Below are positions 43,291-52,519 of a DNA stretch of 64,000 bases, one piece after another. Location of the stretch: contig JBAZJI010000002.1 in assembly GCA_041651395.1 (NCBI GenBank), positions 13,010-77,009 of the forward strand, written 5' to 3'. How positions within the stretch are numbered: position 1 is the first letter of the stretch; every line of letters starts with the position of its first letter. Both the position numbers and the translations under genes were made by a program. Source of the DNA: Minisyncoccota bacterium (GTDB taxonomy: Bacteria; Patescibacteriota; Minisyncoccia; Minisyncoccales; JAGOPM01). The notes under the pieces are model-generated. The model saw nothing but the letters and a program-made list of their open reading frames with translations. It did no database searches and had not been told where the DNA came from.

Positions 43291-44180
43291 AAGCAGTTGT
43301 AACCGGAGGCGCGGGGTTTATCGGTTCACACTTGTGTGAACAACTTATAAATGAGGGACATTCGGTTAAATGTGTTGATAATCTCCTTAGTGGAAAAGTT
43401 GACAATATCATGCATCTAATTGACAACCCGCTGTTTGAATTTAGCTATGCTGATATTAGAGACAACCTTAATTTAGCTGGTGTTGACGTTATCTTTAACT
43501 TAGCAGCAAGTAAAAAGAACATCTGTTTAGACAACCCCAAAACAGACTTGGCTATAAACGGATGGGGAACTCTCAACTTATTACAACTTGCACAGAAGTA
43601 TGGCGTTAGAAAGTTTATTCACGCCTCTACCGGTAGTGTATACGGAAACGTTACACCACAAACTGAAACTTCACAAACTATACCAGTTAGTTACTATGGA
43701 GTTAGTAAACTAGCCGGTGAAAGTTATGTCAAGATGTTTGGTGTTGATTACTCAATCCTAAGGTATTTTCACGTTTATGGAAGCCGACAAGATAGCACCG
43801 ATAAACTAGGGGGAGTTATCGCTATTTTCATTAGAAGGATTTATCAAAACCTTCCCCTAATTGTGTATGGCGACGGCAATCAAACCCGTTGCTTTACCTA
43901 CGTTAAAGATGTAGTTAAAGCAAATCTGGCAATGCTTAATAAAACAGAAAACAATCTATTTAATTGTGTGAGCAATCTACACATAACCTTAAATCAACTT
44001 ATACAAATTCTTTTTGAAATTACCGGCAGAAAAGTACAAGTATTATATCGAGACTGGCAAATTGGCGATATAAAAGACTTTGCTCCAAGCAATGATAGAA
44101 TCAAAGAGTTAATTGACTTCACTCCATTTGAAACAGGATTACAGGAAACCATAGATGAAAGTCGCCGTTTATACTGCTAA
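43287..44180 (+). CDS. NAD-dependent sugar-nucleotide epimerase/dehydratase (SDR)
   Basis: VVTGGAGFIGSHL Rossmann motif, catalytic YGVSKLAGE (YxxxK); ATGA overlap start. Confidence 0.85.
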   Translation: MKAVVTGGAGFIGSHLCEQLINEGHSVKCVDNLLSGKVDNIMHLIDNPLFEFSYADIRDNLNLAGVDVIFNLAASKKNICLDNPKTDLAINGWGTLNLLQLAQKYGVRKFIHASTGSVYGNVTPQTETSQTIPVSYYGVSKLAGESYVKMFGVDYSILRYFHVYGSRQDSTDKLGGVIAIFIRRIYQNLPLIVYGDGNQTRCFTYVKDVVKANLAMLNKTENNLFNCVSNLHITLNQLIQILFEITGRKVQVLYRDWQIGDIKDFAPSNDRIKELIDFTPFETGLQETIDESRRLYC

Positions 44181-44796
44181 TTTTGGAGAAAGTGAAGTAT
44201 ATACACCCGTAGCTATAGAGATGGGTGTAGATTACTTCTATTTTACAGATAGGCCAGTATCGTTAGAGCACTGGATTGTCAAAACGGTTGAAAGACGTTT
44301 TGACAATCCCAGATTGGAATCACGGTATTATTTTGATAACTCAACAACTGTACTCCCAGATTATGATATAACCATAATGCACGGCGCTAATGCGCAGTTG
44401 TTAATCAGTCCGCTGAGCCTTATAGATATGTTTATCAAATCAGACATAGCTGCATTTAACCATCCCCACAGAAATTGTATCTATAAGGAAGCCGAGGTTT
44501 GCAAAGGAGTTGGGAAAGATTCTGCCGATAAAATAGACAAACAAATCAAACGGTATAAAGCAGCGGCCTTTCCATCTAACTATGGACTACACGCCTGTGG
44601 TTTAATTATTAGAAAAAACACAGAATCAGTACAAAACTTTGAATCATTATGGTGGCAAGAAGTATTGAACGGTTCATACCGTGACCAGCTATCATTCGAT
44701 TACATACGATGGAAAACTGGTATTTCAATTTCAGAAATACCGGGAAACATTTTTTCCAGTCCATACATTAGAATAAATTTACACAACAGGAAATGA
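44155..44796 (+). CDS. possible DUF616-type glycosyltransferase
   Basis: VAVYTANFG...DYFYFTD N-terminal pattern; assignment from memory of family consensus only. Confidence 0.4.
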   Translation: MKVAVYTANFGESEVYTPVAIEMGVDYFYFTDRPVSLEHWIVKTVERRFDNPRLESRYYFDNSTTVLPDYDITIMHGANAQLLISPLSLIDMFIKSDIAAFNHPHRNCIYKEAEVCKGVGKDSADKIDKQIKRYKAAAFPSNYGLHACGLIIRKNTESVQNFESLWWQEVLNGSYRDQLSFDYIRWKTGISISEIPGNIFSSPYIRINLHNRK

Positions 44797-45335
44797 TTAT
44801 GACAAGACCTTATTATTTAGATGTACCCGGTGCAGCATTAACCAAGAATGAACGGGAATTGATTGTAAAGCTATCTTCTGAATTTGAAGGAACTCCATTA
44901 TTTTTTGGAATTGGGGTAATGTGGGGAGGTTCTTTTCACTGTATGAGAGCCGGTAATCCTAATGCTGAAATCTATGGATTAGATATAGATTACTACACTT
45001 ACCGTATTCATAGAGAAGACTTGATTAAAGCCATATTCTTAAAGGGGAATAGCACAACTTACCAATTCGACAAACCGATAGATTTTTTATTTGTGGACGG
45101 CGCGCATGATTATAATACAGTAAAAGCTGATATAGCCAACTGGAAAGATCGGGTTAAAGTTGATGGCATTATTGCTTTTCACGATTTCAAACCAAAACAA
45201 GTTGACGTTGACCTTTTCCCATCTATTGTTGGTGTAAATAAAGCGGTTATGGAATCAGAACTAACACAAGTTGGAAAAAGATTTATACAAATAGAACAAG
45301 TAGATTCAATTATAGCATTTAGGAGAATAGAATAA
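44793..45335 (+). CDS. class I SAM-dependent methyltransferase
   Basis: FGIGVMWGGS (motif I-like), YGLDID, FVDGAHDY, IIAFHD. Confidence 0.6.
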   Translation: MIMTRPYYLDVPGAALTKNERELIVKLSSEFEGTPLFFGIGVMWGGSFHCMRAGNPNAEIYGLDIDYYTYRIHREDLIKAIFLKGNSTTYQFDKPIDFLFVDGAHDYNTVKADIANWKDRVKVDGIIAFHDFKPKQVDVDLFPSIVGVNKAVMESELTQVGKRFIQIEQVDSIIAFRRIE

Positions 45336-45904
45336 TGCCAACTGATGATGAAATTTATGGACGTTCTGCACTAAAAAACGGTGAACCCTGGATAACACCA
45401 GAGAGTCTTAAACATTTAAGAACAATTATAAAACCACATTGGAACGTGTTTGAATGGGGCAGCGGCGGAAGTACTGCGTTTTGGTCAAGAAACTGTAAAT
45501 CAGTTATCAGTATTGAACACAATTCAGAGTGGATACAACGGACAACCGACATTGTGAATCGGTTAAACTGTCCGCATAACTATACAATCATTTATGTAAA
45601 AGGTGACGGAACAACCGATCATACTAAAGCCTTTAGGGAATACGCTAATGCGATTCTTGAATATCCCGATAATAGTTTTGACTTGGTATTTATAGACGGC
45701 GAGGCATCAAGCAGAGGGTGGTGTATAACCAATGCTTTGCCAAAACTAAAGAGCGGCGGTTGTCTGTTAGTTGACAACTCCAACTGGTTAAAAGAATCTC
45801 CATCGAATACAACCAATAGATTAGACTTCATTGAAAAAGGATTAAAATGGGTTGGTCAACCAGGAACTTTTGACTGGCATACATCCATCTTTACGAAAGA
45901 ATAA
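45335..45904 (+). CDS. class I SAM-dependent methyltransferase-like
   Basis: FEWGSGGST, VISIEHN, FIDGE, GGCLLVDN. Confidence 0.55.
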   Translation: MPTDDEIYGRSALKNGEPWITPESLKHLRTIIKPHWNVFEWGSGGSTAFWSRNCKSVISIEHNSEWIQRTTDIVNRLNCPHNYTIIYVKGDGTTDHTKAFREYANAILEYPDNSFDLVFIDGEASSRGWCITNALPKLKSGGCLLVDNSNWLKESPSNTTNRLDFIEKGLKWVGQPGTFDWHTSIFTKE

Positions 45905-45911
45905 TTGTATA

Positions 45912-46574
45912 ATGATAACTTGCGTTATAGTCAACTTCAAAACAAAAAATTTAACTGAAAAATGTATAGAAACCTTCAGAAAATTTTATAGTCATCCGAT
46001 CATCCTTATTGACAATAATTCTGCTGACGATTCTACCGAATTTTGCAAAAACGCCTTTACAAAATATAATGACATTACACTGTTGTTAAACAACAAAAAT
46101 ATAGGACATGGGCCAGCTATGCATCAAGCAATTTTGCTTGCAACCACTCCGTATATTTTCACATTAGATAGCGACACAGAAACATTACAAGGAACGTTCT
46201 TAGAATCAATGTTGCTTGAATTCGACAAACAAGAAAATTTGTATGCAATCGGTTGGCGGCGTTATGTAAATTGTGATGGTGTATCTGGCGACGAAAAGCA
46301 AAACAAAAATCTAACCCCTTACATCCATCCGTATGCAATGCTAATTGACCGCGCAAAATACCTAACTTTACCAAAATTTGAAGATCACGGCGCACCTTGT
46401 CGAAGCAATATGTATGCAGCTTTTAAAGCAAATTATACATTAAGTGATTTTAATTTGAAGCCGTACATAAAACATTGCATAGCAGGAACGCGCAGAATGT
46501 ACAATGGTTATTGGCATCCTAAAGAAACCGATAAACCGTCAGAATGGAAAGAAAAGGCGACTTATCCAATTTAG
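45912..46574 (+). CDS. glycosyltransferase family 2
   Basis: Start at MITCVIVNFKT; ILIDNNSADDS; FTLDSDT (DxD). Confidence 0.65.
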   Translation: MITCVIVNFKTKNLTEKCIETFRKFYSHPIILIDNNSADDSTEFCKNAFTKYNDITLLLNNKNIGHGPAMHQAILLATTPYIFTLDSDTETLQGTFLESMLLEFDKQENLYAIGWRRYVNCDGVSGDEKQNKNLTPYIHPYAMLIDRAKYLTLPKFEDHGAPCRSNMYAAFKANYTLSDFNLKPYIKHCIAGTRRMYNGYWHPKETDKPSEWKEKATYPI

Positions 46575-46660
46575 AGAGCTTCCTACTGCATTTTTCGATT
46601 GTTTTTGAAAAGTGGGTAATAACACTTAAAAACAACACGAAAACACTATACATTTTCCTA

Positions 46661-46703
46661 AAATTCCCCACAAAAACTCTATAAAGTGGGGAATTTTTCT
46701 TTG
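46661..46703 (+). terminator. terminator aaattccccac...gtggggaattt + T-run
   Basis: 11-bp stem, 14-nt loop, followed by ttctttg. Confidence 0.55.
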
Positions 46704-46837
46704 TGCAAAATAACTTTCATCAAACTGCGCCATCTGTTTATCTTAGTGCAAATGGGGAATATACCCTAGAGTTGCCCATAATTTATAGGTCAAAGTGGTG
46801 ATTGCAAGGCGCATAATCGGTATAAAGTGGGGAATTT
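46680..46837 (+). repeat. two exact 17-nt direct repeats tataaagtggggaattt plus degenerate GTGGGGAAT-like boxes
   Basis: Copies at 46680-46696 and 46821-46837; variants gaaaagtgggtaat (46607) and gcaaatggggaatat (46749) within a 465-bp non-coding gap. Confidence 0.7.
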
Positions 46838-46980
46838 GTCCACAATTTAATATTGCAACGATAGCAATTTACACAATGAGTATTACGCAGTCAAAAACAG
46901 CCAATGTTAAAGAGCATTTAGGCGTGAAATATACATAACACAAATACACCCGTGTATTTATACCTTGAAATCGCCCTGAA

Positions 46981-47008
46981 TTGACACAAATAGAATGTGT
47001 GGTATAAT
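46981..47008 (+). promoter_or_regulatory. promoter TTGACA-16-TATAAT (TGTGGTATAAT)
   Basis: ttgacacaaatagaatgtgtggtataat. Confidence 0.6.
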
Positions 47009-47039
47009 TGCAGCATTTAGAAAAGGAGTTATATAAATT

Positions 47040-47327
47040 ATGTTGAGAGTATGCACACGATGTAATCAAGAAAATGACCATGATGGAAGTTATTGCCAAT
47101 TTTGTGGCAACAGTATACTACTATCTGCAATTGATAATGACGATAGCATTATTTATTGGGTACAAACTCCATACGAACTTGGAGAATTTTTGGATGTTTA
47201 TAAAGACAAAACAAAGTTGAGTTATCAACAATTATATGTGTTGTACAACAACCTTCGCGGAATTAAAATTAGAGCAACAATTATCGGTAATAACTCATTA
47301 AAATTTGAGATTGTAGATAATGAATAA
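47040..47327 (+). CDS. zinc-ribbon protein
   Basis: CTRCNQ...YCQFCGN N-terminal ribbon. Confidence 0.55.
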   Translation: MLRVCTRCNQENDHDGSYCQFCGNSILLSAIDNDDSIIYWVQTPYELGEFLDVYKDKTKLSYQQLYVLYNNLRGIKIRATIIGNNSLKFEIVDNE

Positions 47328-47511
47328 CGCCATTTCGTTAGATGACATTAAAAGTAATAACGTGAATTATTGTCTGTACTGTGGACGGTTCATCTATCCG
47401 AGTATTGATTCAGGATGGGAAGGATTTACCGCCGATGGTGTAACTACACAGAAGATTTGTGTGTTTTGTAATCTTGAAAGAAATCACGAAATAATTGAGA
47501 AGGCACAATGA
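47320..47511 (+). CDS. hypothetical zinc-binding protein
   Basis: YCLYCG...CVFCN. Confidence 0.5.
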   Translation: MNNAISLDDIKSNNVNYCLYCGRFIYPSIDSGWEGFTADGVTTQKICVFCNLERNHEIIEKAQ

Positions 47512-47726
47512 ACGAAAAACAAGAAACAGTAAACCACCCATCCCATTACAATCAAGTTCCGGGGATAGAGTGTATTGACGTTGTAAAGCACTTTGACTTC
47601 ATTATAGGAAGCTGCATAAAATATTTATGGCGTGCTGGACACAAATTCAACACAACAAAACTTGAAGATTTGAAAAAAGCCAAGTGGTATATTGAATATG
47701 CTATCGCGCAAGAAGAAAAGCAATGA
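47508..47726 (+). CDS. DUF3310 family protein
   Basis: NHPSHYN...IECIDV...IKYLWRAGHK...EDLKKAKWYIEY. Confidence 0.75.
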   Translation: MNEKQETVNHPSHYNQVPGIECIDVVKHFDFIIGSCIKYLWRAGHKFNTTKLEDLKKAKWYIEYAIAQEEKQ

Positions 47727-47845
47727 ATGATGTATGGCTTGTCGCTTTTGAACTTGGTGTAATTGTGTACAGTTTAGCGCTAATGCGCTCTGTATTGAAA
47801 GACATAAACCAAACATTAAAACAGATACGGAACAAAATGCAATGA
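47723..47845 (+). CDS. hypothetical small membrane protein (40 aa)
   Basis: Hand translation MNDVWLVAFELGVIVYSLALMRSVLKDINQTLKQIRNKMQ*; ATGA overlaps at both ends. Confidence 0.4.
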   Translation: MNDVWLVAFELGVIVYSLALMRSVLKDINQTLKQIRNKMQ

Positions 47846-48093
47846 AAAGAAGAATCGGTAAGTACATAATCAATACTGACCTGATAACGCATATTTATAA
47901 AGAAGATGAAAGTATACATTATAGTACAAACTCATCGCAAACCACTTGGGTTACTACAAGAGACTTAAACGAACCAGAAACAATATTCATTTGCTTTGGA
48001 GAGTGCTTTTTGAGATTTTACAAAGGATATGATGACGGATACAACGAAGCCTTAGCCTTATACAACGAGTTTGACAATGAAACAAAATTATAG
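47842..48093 (+). CDS. hypothetical protein
   Basis: 83-aa ORF. Confidence 0.5.
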   Translation: MKRRIGKYIINTDLITHIYKEDESIHYSTNSSQTTWVTTRDLNEPETIFICFGECFLRFYKGYDDGYNEALALYNEFDNETKL

Positions 48094-48292
48094 ACTTTTC
48101 AACAGTTGTTTAACCTGCAAGTACTGTTTTCAAGAATTGGAATTTGTCTGTACATTTTATGAAAAGATGCCTTGCGAAAAAGTACCCAACATTCTTACAG
48201 ACATAGCAATCATTGAAAAATATTTGATGTGGGAAAACTCAAACAAAGTACAGTGCAATGGAATTTGTGATAACTATGAACATAGAAATTAA
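48077..48292 (+). CDS. hypothetical Cys-rich protein
   Basis: Start taken at ATG (MKQNYRLF); CLTCKYC...CNGICDNYEH. Confidence 0.5.
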   Translation: MKQNYRLFNSCLTCKYCFQELEFVCTFYEKMPCEKVPNILTDIAIIEKYLMWENSNKVQCNGICDNYEHRN

Positions 48293-48512
48293 AGCTAATA
48301 AGATAATTTTTGATAACGATATTGAAATGAGTTATGATACACTATTAAACTCTATCCGGTATACATCCAATTGGCTTGCAACCCTCATAGAAGCTAAACA
48401 AGCATTTGATAAGACGGGAGTAACAGAACAACAGGTAGAGTTTATAGAATGCGCTTGTTCTAAAGATCGTGGGTGTATCAACAACGTTCTAAGGATGTTG
48501 GGACAATTATGA
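48276..48512 (+). CDS. hypothetical protein
   Basis: Start taken at MNIEIKANK. Confidence 0.45.
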   Translation: MNIEIKANKIIFDNDIEMSYDTLLNSIRYTSNWLATLIEAKQAFDKTGVTEQQVEFIECACSKDRGCINNVLRMLGQL

Positions 48513-48742
48513 AAGATATGTATTCAAACAAATTAACTAGGTTTATTGGACACACATTCTATATGCTTGGAGCTTATTCAGGCGATTATAACGAAACACC
48601 TTCTCAGGTTTTTGATAATATAAAGAAATACGGCATATTTTCACCGATTAGAAGTTATTATTATAATAGTGGCATACACTATTGGCTTAATGGTGAAGAT
48701 TCTTTTATGAATGTCATCAAAAGGATTTTCTCAACAAAATGA
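48509..48742 (+). CDS. hypothetical protein
   Basis: Start at MKDMYSNKL (ATGA overlap). Confidence 0.45.
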   Translation: MKDMYSNKLTRFIGHTFYMLGAYSGDYNETPSQVFDNIKKYGIFSPIRSYYYNSGIHYWLNGEDSFMNVIKRIFSTK

Positions 48743-49608
48743 AACTTTTAATGCTTCCAAAATTATCAGACGTTGGAACTAATAACGGTATAGGCCAGGT
48801 CATTCTCAATTATTGGAACTGGCTTCCAAAAGTCGGCATTGAACTAACCGATAATCCAGACGACAGTTATGATATATCCTCTAGCCATTTAGGCAAAATC
48901 GCTAATGCTGATTTGTGCTTTCTTCACGGTTTTTGGTTTGGTAAAGTTAGTAACCTAATGTCAGAACAAAATGCGCTCATTATAGAATCAATTCGCAATG
49001 CTAAGGCGGTTATAGTACCTAGTGAGTATGTTGCCGAAACAGTGCGGAGAGATTTTAGAATCAATCCTTATATCATCGGTCACGGGGTCAATATGTCAGA
49101 GTGGAAAGGCGCAAAACCGAAAGGCTATGTGCTATGGAATAAAAACCGCCCGTCCGATGTATGCAACCCTGAACCGGTTTATGAGTTGGCAAAACGCCAT
49201 CCTAAAGTTAAATTCGTTACCACCTTCTATCCGATGGACAGAACACCTATTCCTGATAATGTACAGATAGTTGGAAAGGTATCCTTCGATCAAATGAAAC
49301 AGCTTATCAAAGGCGCTTCTATCTATCTCTCAACCGCTAAGGAAACCTTCAATATCAGCGCCTTAGAGAACTTAGCCTGTGGCACTCCGATTCTAGGATG
49401 GAATTGGGGAGGGACAGCCGATATAGTATGGAATAAAAAAGACGGTTATCTAGTTAATGTTGGCGACTATGACGCACTTTCAGACGGTTTAGAATGGTTA
49501 CTAGAGAATAGACAACAACTAACAGCGGCTTGCAAAAACAAAGCAATGATGTATAATTGGCTTGACGTTGCAAAGAAAATTAGAGAGGTGTGTTATAATG
49601 TCTATTAA
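48739..49608 (+). CDS. glycosyltransferase family 1/4 (GT-B)
   Basis: C-terminal KETFNISALENLACGTPILG (E-x7-E region). Confidence 0.7.
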   Translation: MKLLMLPKLSDVGTNNGIGQVILNYWNWLPKVGIELTDNPDDSYDISSSHLGKIANADLCFLHGFWFGKVSNLMSEQNALIIESIRNAKAVIVPSEYVAETVRRDFRINPYIIGHGVNMSEWKGAKPKGYVLWNKNRPSDVCNPEPVYELAKRHPKVKFVTTFYPMDRTPIPDNVQIVGKVSFDQMKQLIKGASIYLSTAKETFNISALENLACGTPILGWNWGGTADIVWNKKDGYLVNVGDYDALSDGLEWLLENRQQLTAACKNKAMMYNWLDVAKKIREVCYNVY

Positions 49609-49921
49609 CGTAAAAGAAGCCCGCGAACTAGTCGCAAGATGTATTGAAACTTTAGATGATAACAAAACGGTAGAGGATGGGGATGTTGATACCCTCTGCG
49701 CCATTATCAATCAAATGTGTGAACACATTGAAAATACTAAAGAGCATAAATTGCTTACAACAGAAGAACAAACCATTATCGAAATGTTAACCGATGTGTG
49801 GAACTTATTTTTAGAACTTCCAGAGTTACACAGAAGTGATACAGTAGAATTTATGCAAGGTATTCACCTTTTACAGAACATCATTCTGGCTAGGATTCAT
49901 TTAAGATATGGCAAAAGTTGA
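49598..49921 (+). CDS. hypothetical protein
   Basis: Start at MSINVKEAREL. Confidence 0.45.
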   Translation: MSINVKEARELVARCIETLDDNKTVEDGDVDTLCAIINQMCEHIENTKEHKLLTTEEQTIIEMLTDVWNLFLELPELHRSDTVEFMQGIHLLQNIILARIHLRYGKS

Positions 49922-52058
49922 CATAATTATAACCTGCTATAATAAGGAAGCGACTATCGCTAGAGCGATAGAATCAGTCAAACGGCAAACGTTGACAGAC
50001 TTCTTTTGTATCGTTGTGGATGATGGTAGCACTGATAATTCTTGGTCAGTTATCAACAAAGAGATAAATAAAGACAAGAGGTTTATTGCCATCCAACTAA
50101 AAAACTGTGGTGTTGCTAATGCTAGAAACGTTGGAATTGGTTACGGCAATTCACCGTATATTACCTGTTTAGATGGGGATGATGGCCTTATTGACAGATT
50201 TTTACAAACCTGTTACGACGCAATTAAAACCGATAGAAGTTTAGGAGTTGTCTATACAGAAGTATTACTAAACCATCCCGATGATAACTTTACCATAGCC
50301 GATTGGACAAAACCAGATCATAATGCACAGTTTGAAGGAAAAAATCAAGTTCCCTGTTGCAATATGTTCAGACGTGACTTGTTTGATAGAGTGGGCGGGT
50401 ATCGGCAACGTTACAGTCCAAAAGGAGCAGGTGCAGAAGATGCAGAATTATGGTTACGATTTTTCAAACTAGGATACAAAGCGAAAAAGGTAACAGAAGA
50501 ACCGTTATTTATCTACAACGCTTTCGGCGGTTTAACTCAGGATGGAAACTATACCGAGGTCAACTGGATTAACTGGCATACTACAAAACCATCCCCATCA
50601 TTACAAAATCCTGAAAACGGTATTGTTCACATCGTCAATGAATACGACAGACCTGAAATCAGCGTTATCATACCGGTTATAGAAAAACACTTACACTATC
50701 TACAAGATGCCTTAGATTCATTAGAAGCGCAAACCTTTACCAACTGGGAATGTATTGTAGTTTTCGACATTGAAGATTCTATCATCAAAACCATCAAAGA
50801 ACTTGAATACTATGAGAAAGCCTATCCCTATGTAAAATTTTTGTACACATCTGGGGGATTAGGTGCAGGTTGTGCAAGAAATGCTGGTGTTGAATATTCA
50901 ATAGGTGAGTACCTAGTATTTTTAGATGCAGATGATTATTTACAACCTAGATTTTTAGGATTATGTCTGTCTGCTCTCAAACACTTCAATGCAGATTGGG
51001 TATATACCGATTTGTATTCTCAGACAATACACAGCAGAGAACAATTCGAGAAAGAGAAAAACAACGAATCTAAAATCATTAGAGAACGTAAAGAATGGGT
51101 AGAGTTTATCCAACCGTATCACAATGAGGAATGGAGTGTAGAAAAGTTACACCATAGTGGAATTGCGGCGGTTACAGCGCTTTATAAAAAATCAGACTTT
51201 GAACTGGTAGAAGGATTCGATCAAGAGAACAACCGAGAAGATTGGGACTTCCATATGAGATTGGCTAAAGCTGGCAAATGTGGCTTGAGGTTGCCCTTAC
51301 CACTTTTAACATATCGCCTTAATACTGGAATTCGCAGGGAGTATGTTGGAACCGCTAGAGATTCAGAAGAAAGCAAACAATTAAAGCAAAAGGATGTTGA
51401 TAGAATTCACACACAATATGATTTAGGAGAATTGAAAATGGCTTGCAGTACTTGTAAACAAAAGAAAATTGACATTCAGAAACAAACCAATAACGCCCCA
51501 GAACTATATACCCTAGAGTATACCGGCAAAATTACCGGGGGGGTAGTTACCGGTCCGGTAACTCGCAAACAATATCCACTAAACAACTATAAAGGAAAAG
51601 TGATAGTATATAAGGTAGCTCCGCAAGACGCCCAAGCATTAGTCGGTAGGGGTTTGTTCGTACCATTGAACACAGAAAACAAACAAGCTCCGGAGTCGGT
51701 TATTGTTGCTCCTACACCTGCTAAAGTGGAAGTGGTTAAACTATCGCATACCGATAGATTAAAAGCTTCTATGGAATTTGCAGAGAAGGCGAAAAAAGAA
51801 GCACAACTACAAATGGAAGCCGAGTTAGCCGCTTGGGAAATTGCAAGTGACGAAGCCTTAGAAAAAACCGAAAAAGAACTAGACACAACCGTAACTTGGA
51901 TAGACAATCCTGGAAGTTTTTCACTCGCCACATTAAAATCTTATGTCAATACTGAGAAGCCAAGTCAAGAGCGATTACAACTAGCCTACGACAATGAGGC
52001 GATGGGCAAAGCGCGTAAAAGTGTTTTAAATTTTTTGAAGGGGAAAGACACATACTAA
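49908..52058 (+). CDS. bifunctional protein with two GT2 glycosyltransferase domains and a C-terminal extension
   Basis: Domain 1 VDIIITCYNKE...VVDDGSTDNS...LDGDD; domain 2 ISVIIPVIEKH...FLDADDYL; C-terminal ~250 aa with CSTCKQKK and helical tail. Confidence 0.75.
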   Translation: MAKVDIIITCYNKEATIARAIESVKRQTLTDFFCIVVDDGSTDNSWSVINKEINKDKRFIAIQLKNCGVANARNVGIGYGNSPYITCLDGDDGLIDRFLQTCYDAIKTDRSLGVVYTEVLLNHPDDNFTIADWTKPDHNAQFEGKNQVPCCNMFRRDLFDRVGGYRQRYSPKGAGAEDAELWLRFFKLGYKAKKVTEEPLFIYNAFGGLTQDGNYTEVNWINWHTTKPSPSLQNPENGIVHIVNEYDRPEISVIIPVIEKHLHYLQDALDSLEAQTFTNWECIVVFDIEDSIIKTIKELEYYEKAYPYVKFLYTSGGLGAGCARNAGVEYSIGEYLVFLDADDYLQPRFLGLCLSALKHFNADWVYTDLYSQTIHSREQFEKEKNNESKIIRERKEWVEFIQPYHNEEWSVEKLHHSGIAAVTALYKKSDFELVEGFDQENNREDWDFHMRLAKAGKCGLRLPLPLLTYRLNTGIRREYVGTARDSEESKQLKQKDVDRIHTQYDLGELKMACSTCKQKKIDIQKQTNNAPELYTLEYTGKITGGVVTGPVTRKQYPLNNYKGKVIVYKVAPQDAQALVGRGLFVPLNTENKQAPESVIVAPTPAKVEVVKLSHTDRLKASMEFAEKAKKEAQLQMEAELAAWEIASDEALEKTEKELDTTVTWIDNPGSFSLATLKSYVNTEKPSQERLQLAYDNEAMGKARKSVLNFLKGKDTY

Positions 52059-52065
52059 AAAATTA

Positions 52066-52100
52066 TACTGGCAGATTATCTTATCTGCCAGTATTTGTTT
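52066..52100 (+). terminator. rho-independent terminator
   Basis: 11-bp stem tactggcagat/atctgccagta plus tttgttt. Confidence 0.65.
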
Positions 52101-52134
52101 GTTCTATATCAATAGAACATAACGTTACGGTTTT
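52100..52134 (+). promoter_or_regulatory. composite upstream module (TGTTCTAT/ATAGAACA palindrome + GTTACGGTTTT)
   Basis: tgttctat 52100-52107, atagaaca 52112-52119, gttacggtttt 52124-52134, just upstream of the -35 at 52145. Confidence 0.5.
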
Positions 52135-52144
52135 CTAAAAACTA

Positions 52145-52173
52145 TTGACAACCGTATAAACATCGAGTATACT
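52145..52173 (+). promoter_or_regulatory. promoter TTGACA-17-TATACT
   Basis: ttgacaaccgtataaacatcgagtatact. Confidence 0.6.
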
Positions 52174-52207
52174 GGTATCATCTTACACAGACAAAGGAGA
52201 AGCAAAA

Positions 52208-52423
52208 ATGAAGCGCACATACTCGGTAGAAGAACTAAAATCAGTCAACAATTCAATGATGAATTATACAGTTAGCTTCAAGTATTTTGGTACAACCGGG
52301 CAAATAAAAGTACACGTTGGATTAGTTGGAAACCACTTTGAAATTATCAATAACCTAGTTAAAAAACAATACGGCGACAAAGCCGAGGTAATCGGCGCAA
52401 AAGTTACCGGAAAGGCTTGGTAA
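52208..52423 (+). CDS. hypothetical protein
   Basis: 71 aa, SD aaaggaga. Confidence 0.55.
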   Translation: MKRTYSVEELKSVNNSMMNYTVSFKYFGTTGQIKVHVGLVGNHFEIINNLVKKQYGDKAEVIGAKVTGKAW

Positions 52424-52428
52424 ACATT

Positions 52429-52461
52429 AAAAACACCATCTAGGTTAGGTGGTGTTTTTTG
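52429..52461 (+). terminator. rho-independent terminator
   Basis: Stem aaacacca/tggtgttt plus T-run. Confidence 0.6.
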
Positions 52462-52466
52462 TTGTG

Positions 52467-52495
52467 TTGCAATTCAATAAAATATGTGGTATAAT
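52467..52495 (+). promoter_or_regulatory. promoter TTGCAA-17-TATAAT (TGTGGTATAAT)
   Basis: ttgcaattcaataaaatatgtggtataat. Confidence 0.55.
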
Positions 52496-52519
52496 GAAGA
52501 AAAACCATAGGATATTATA

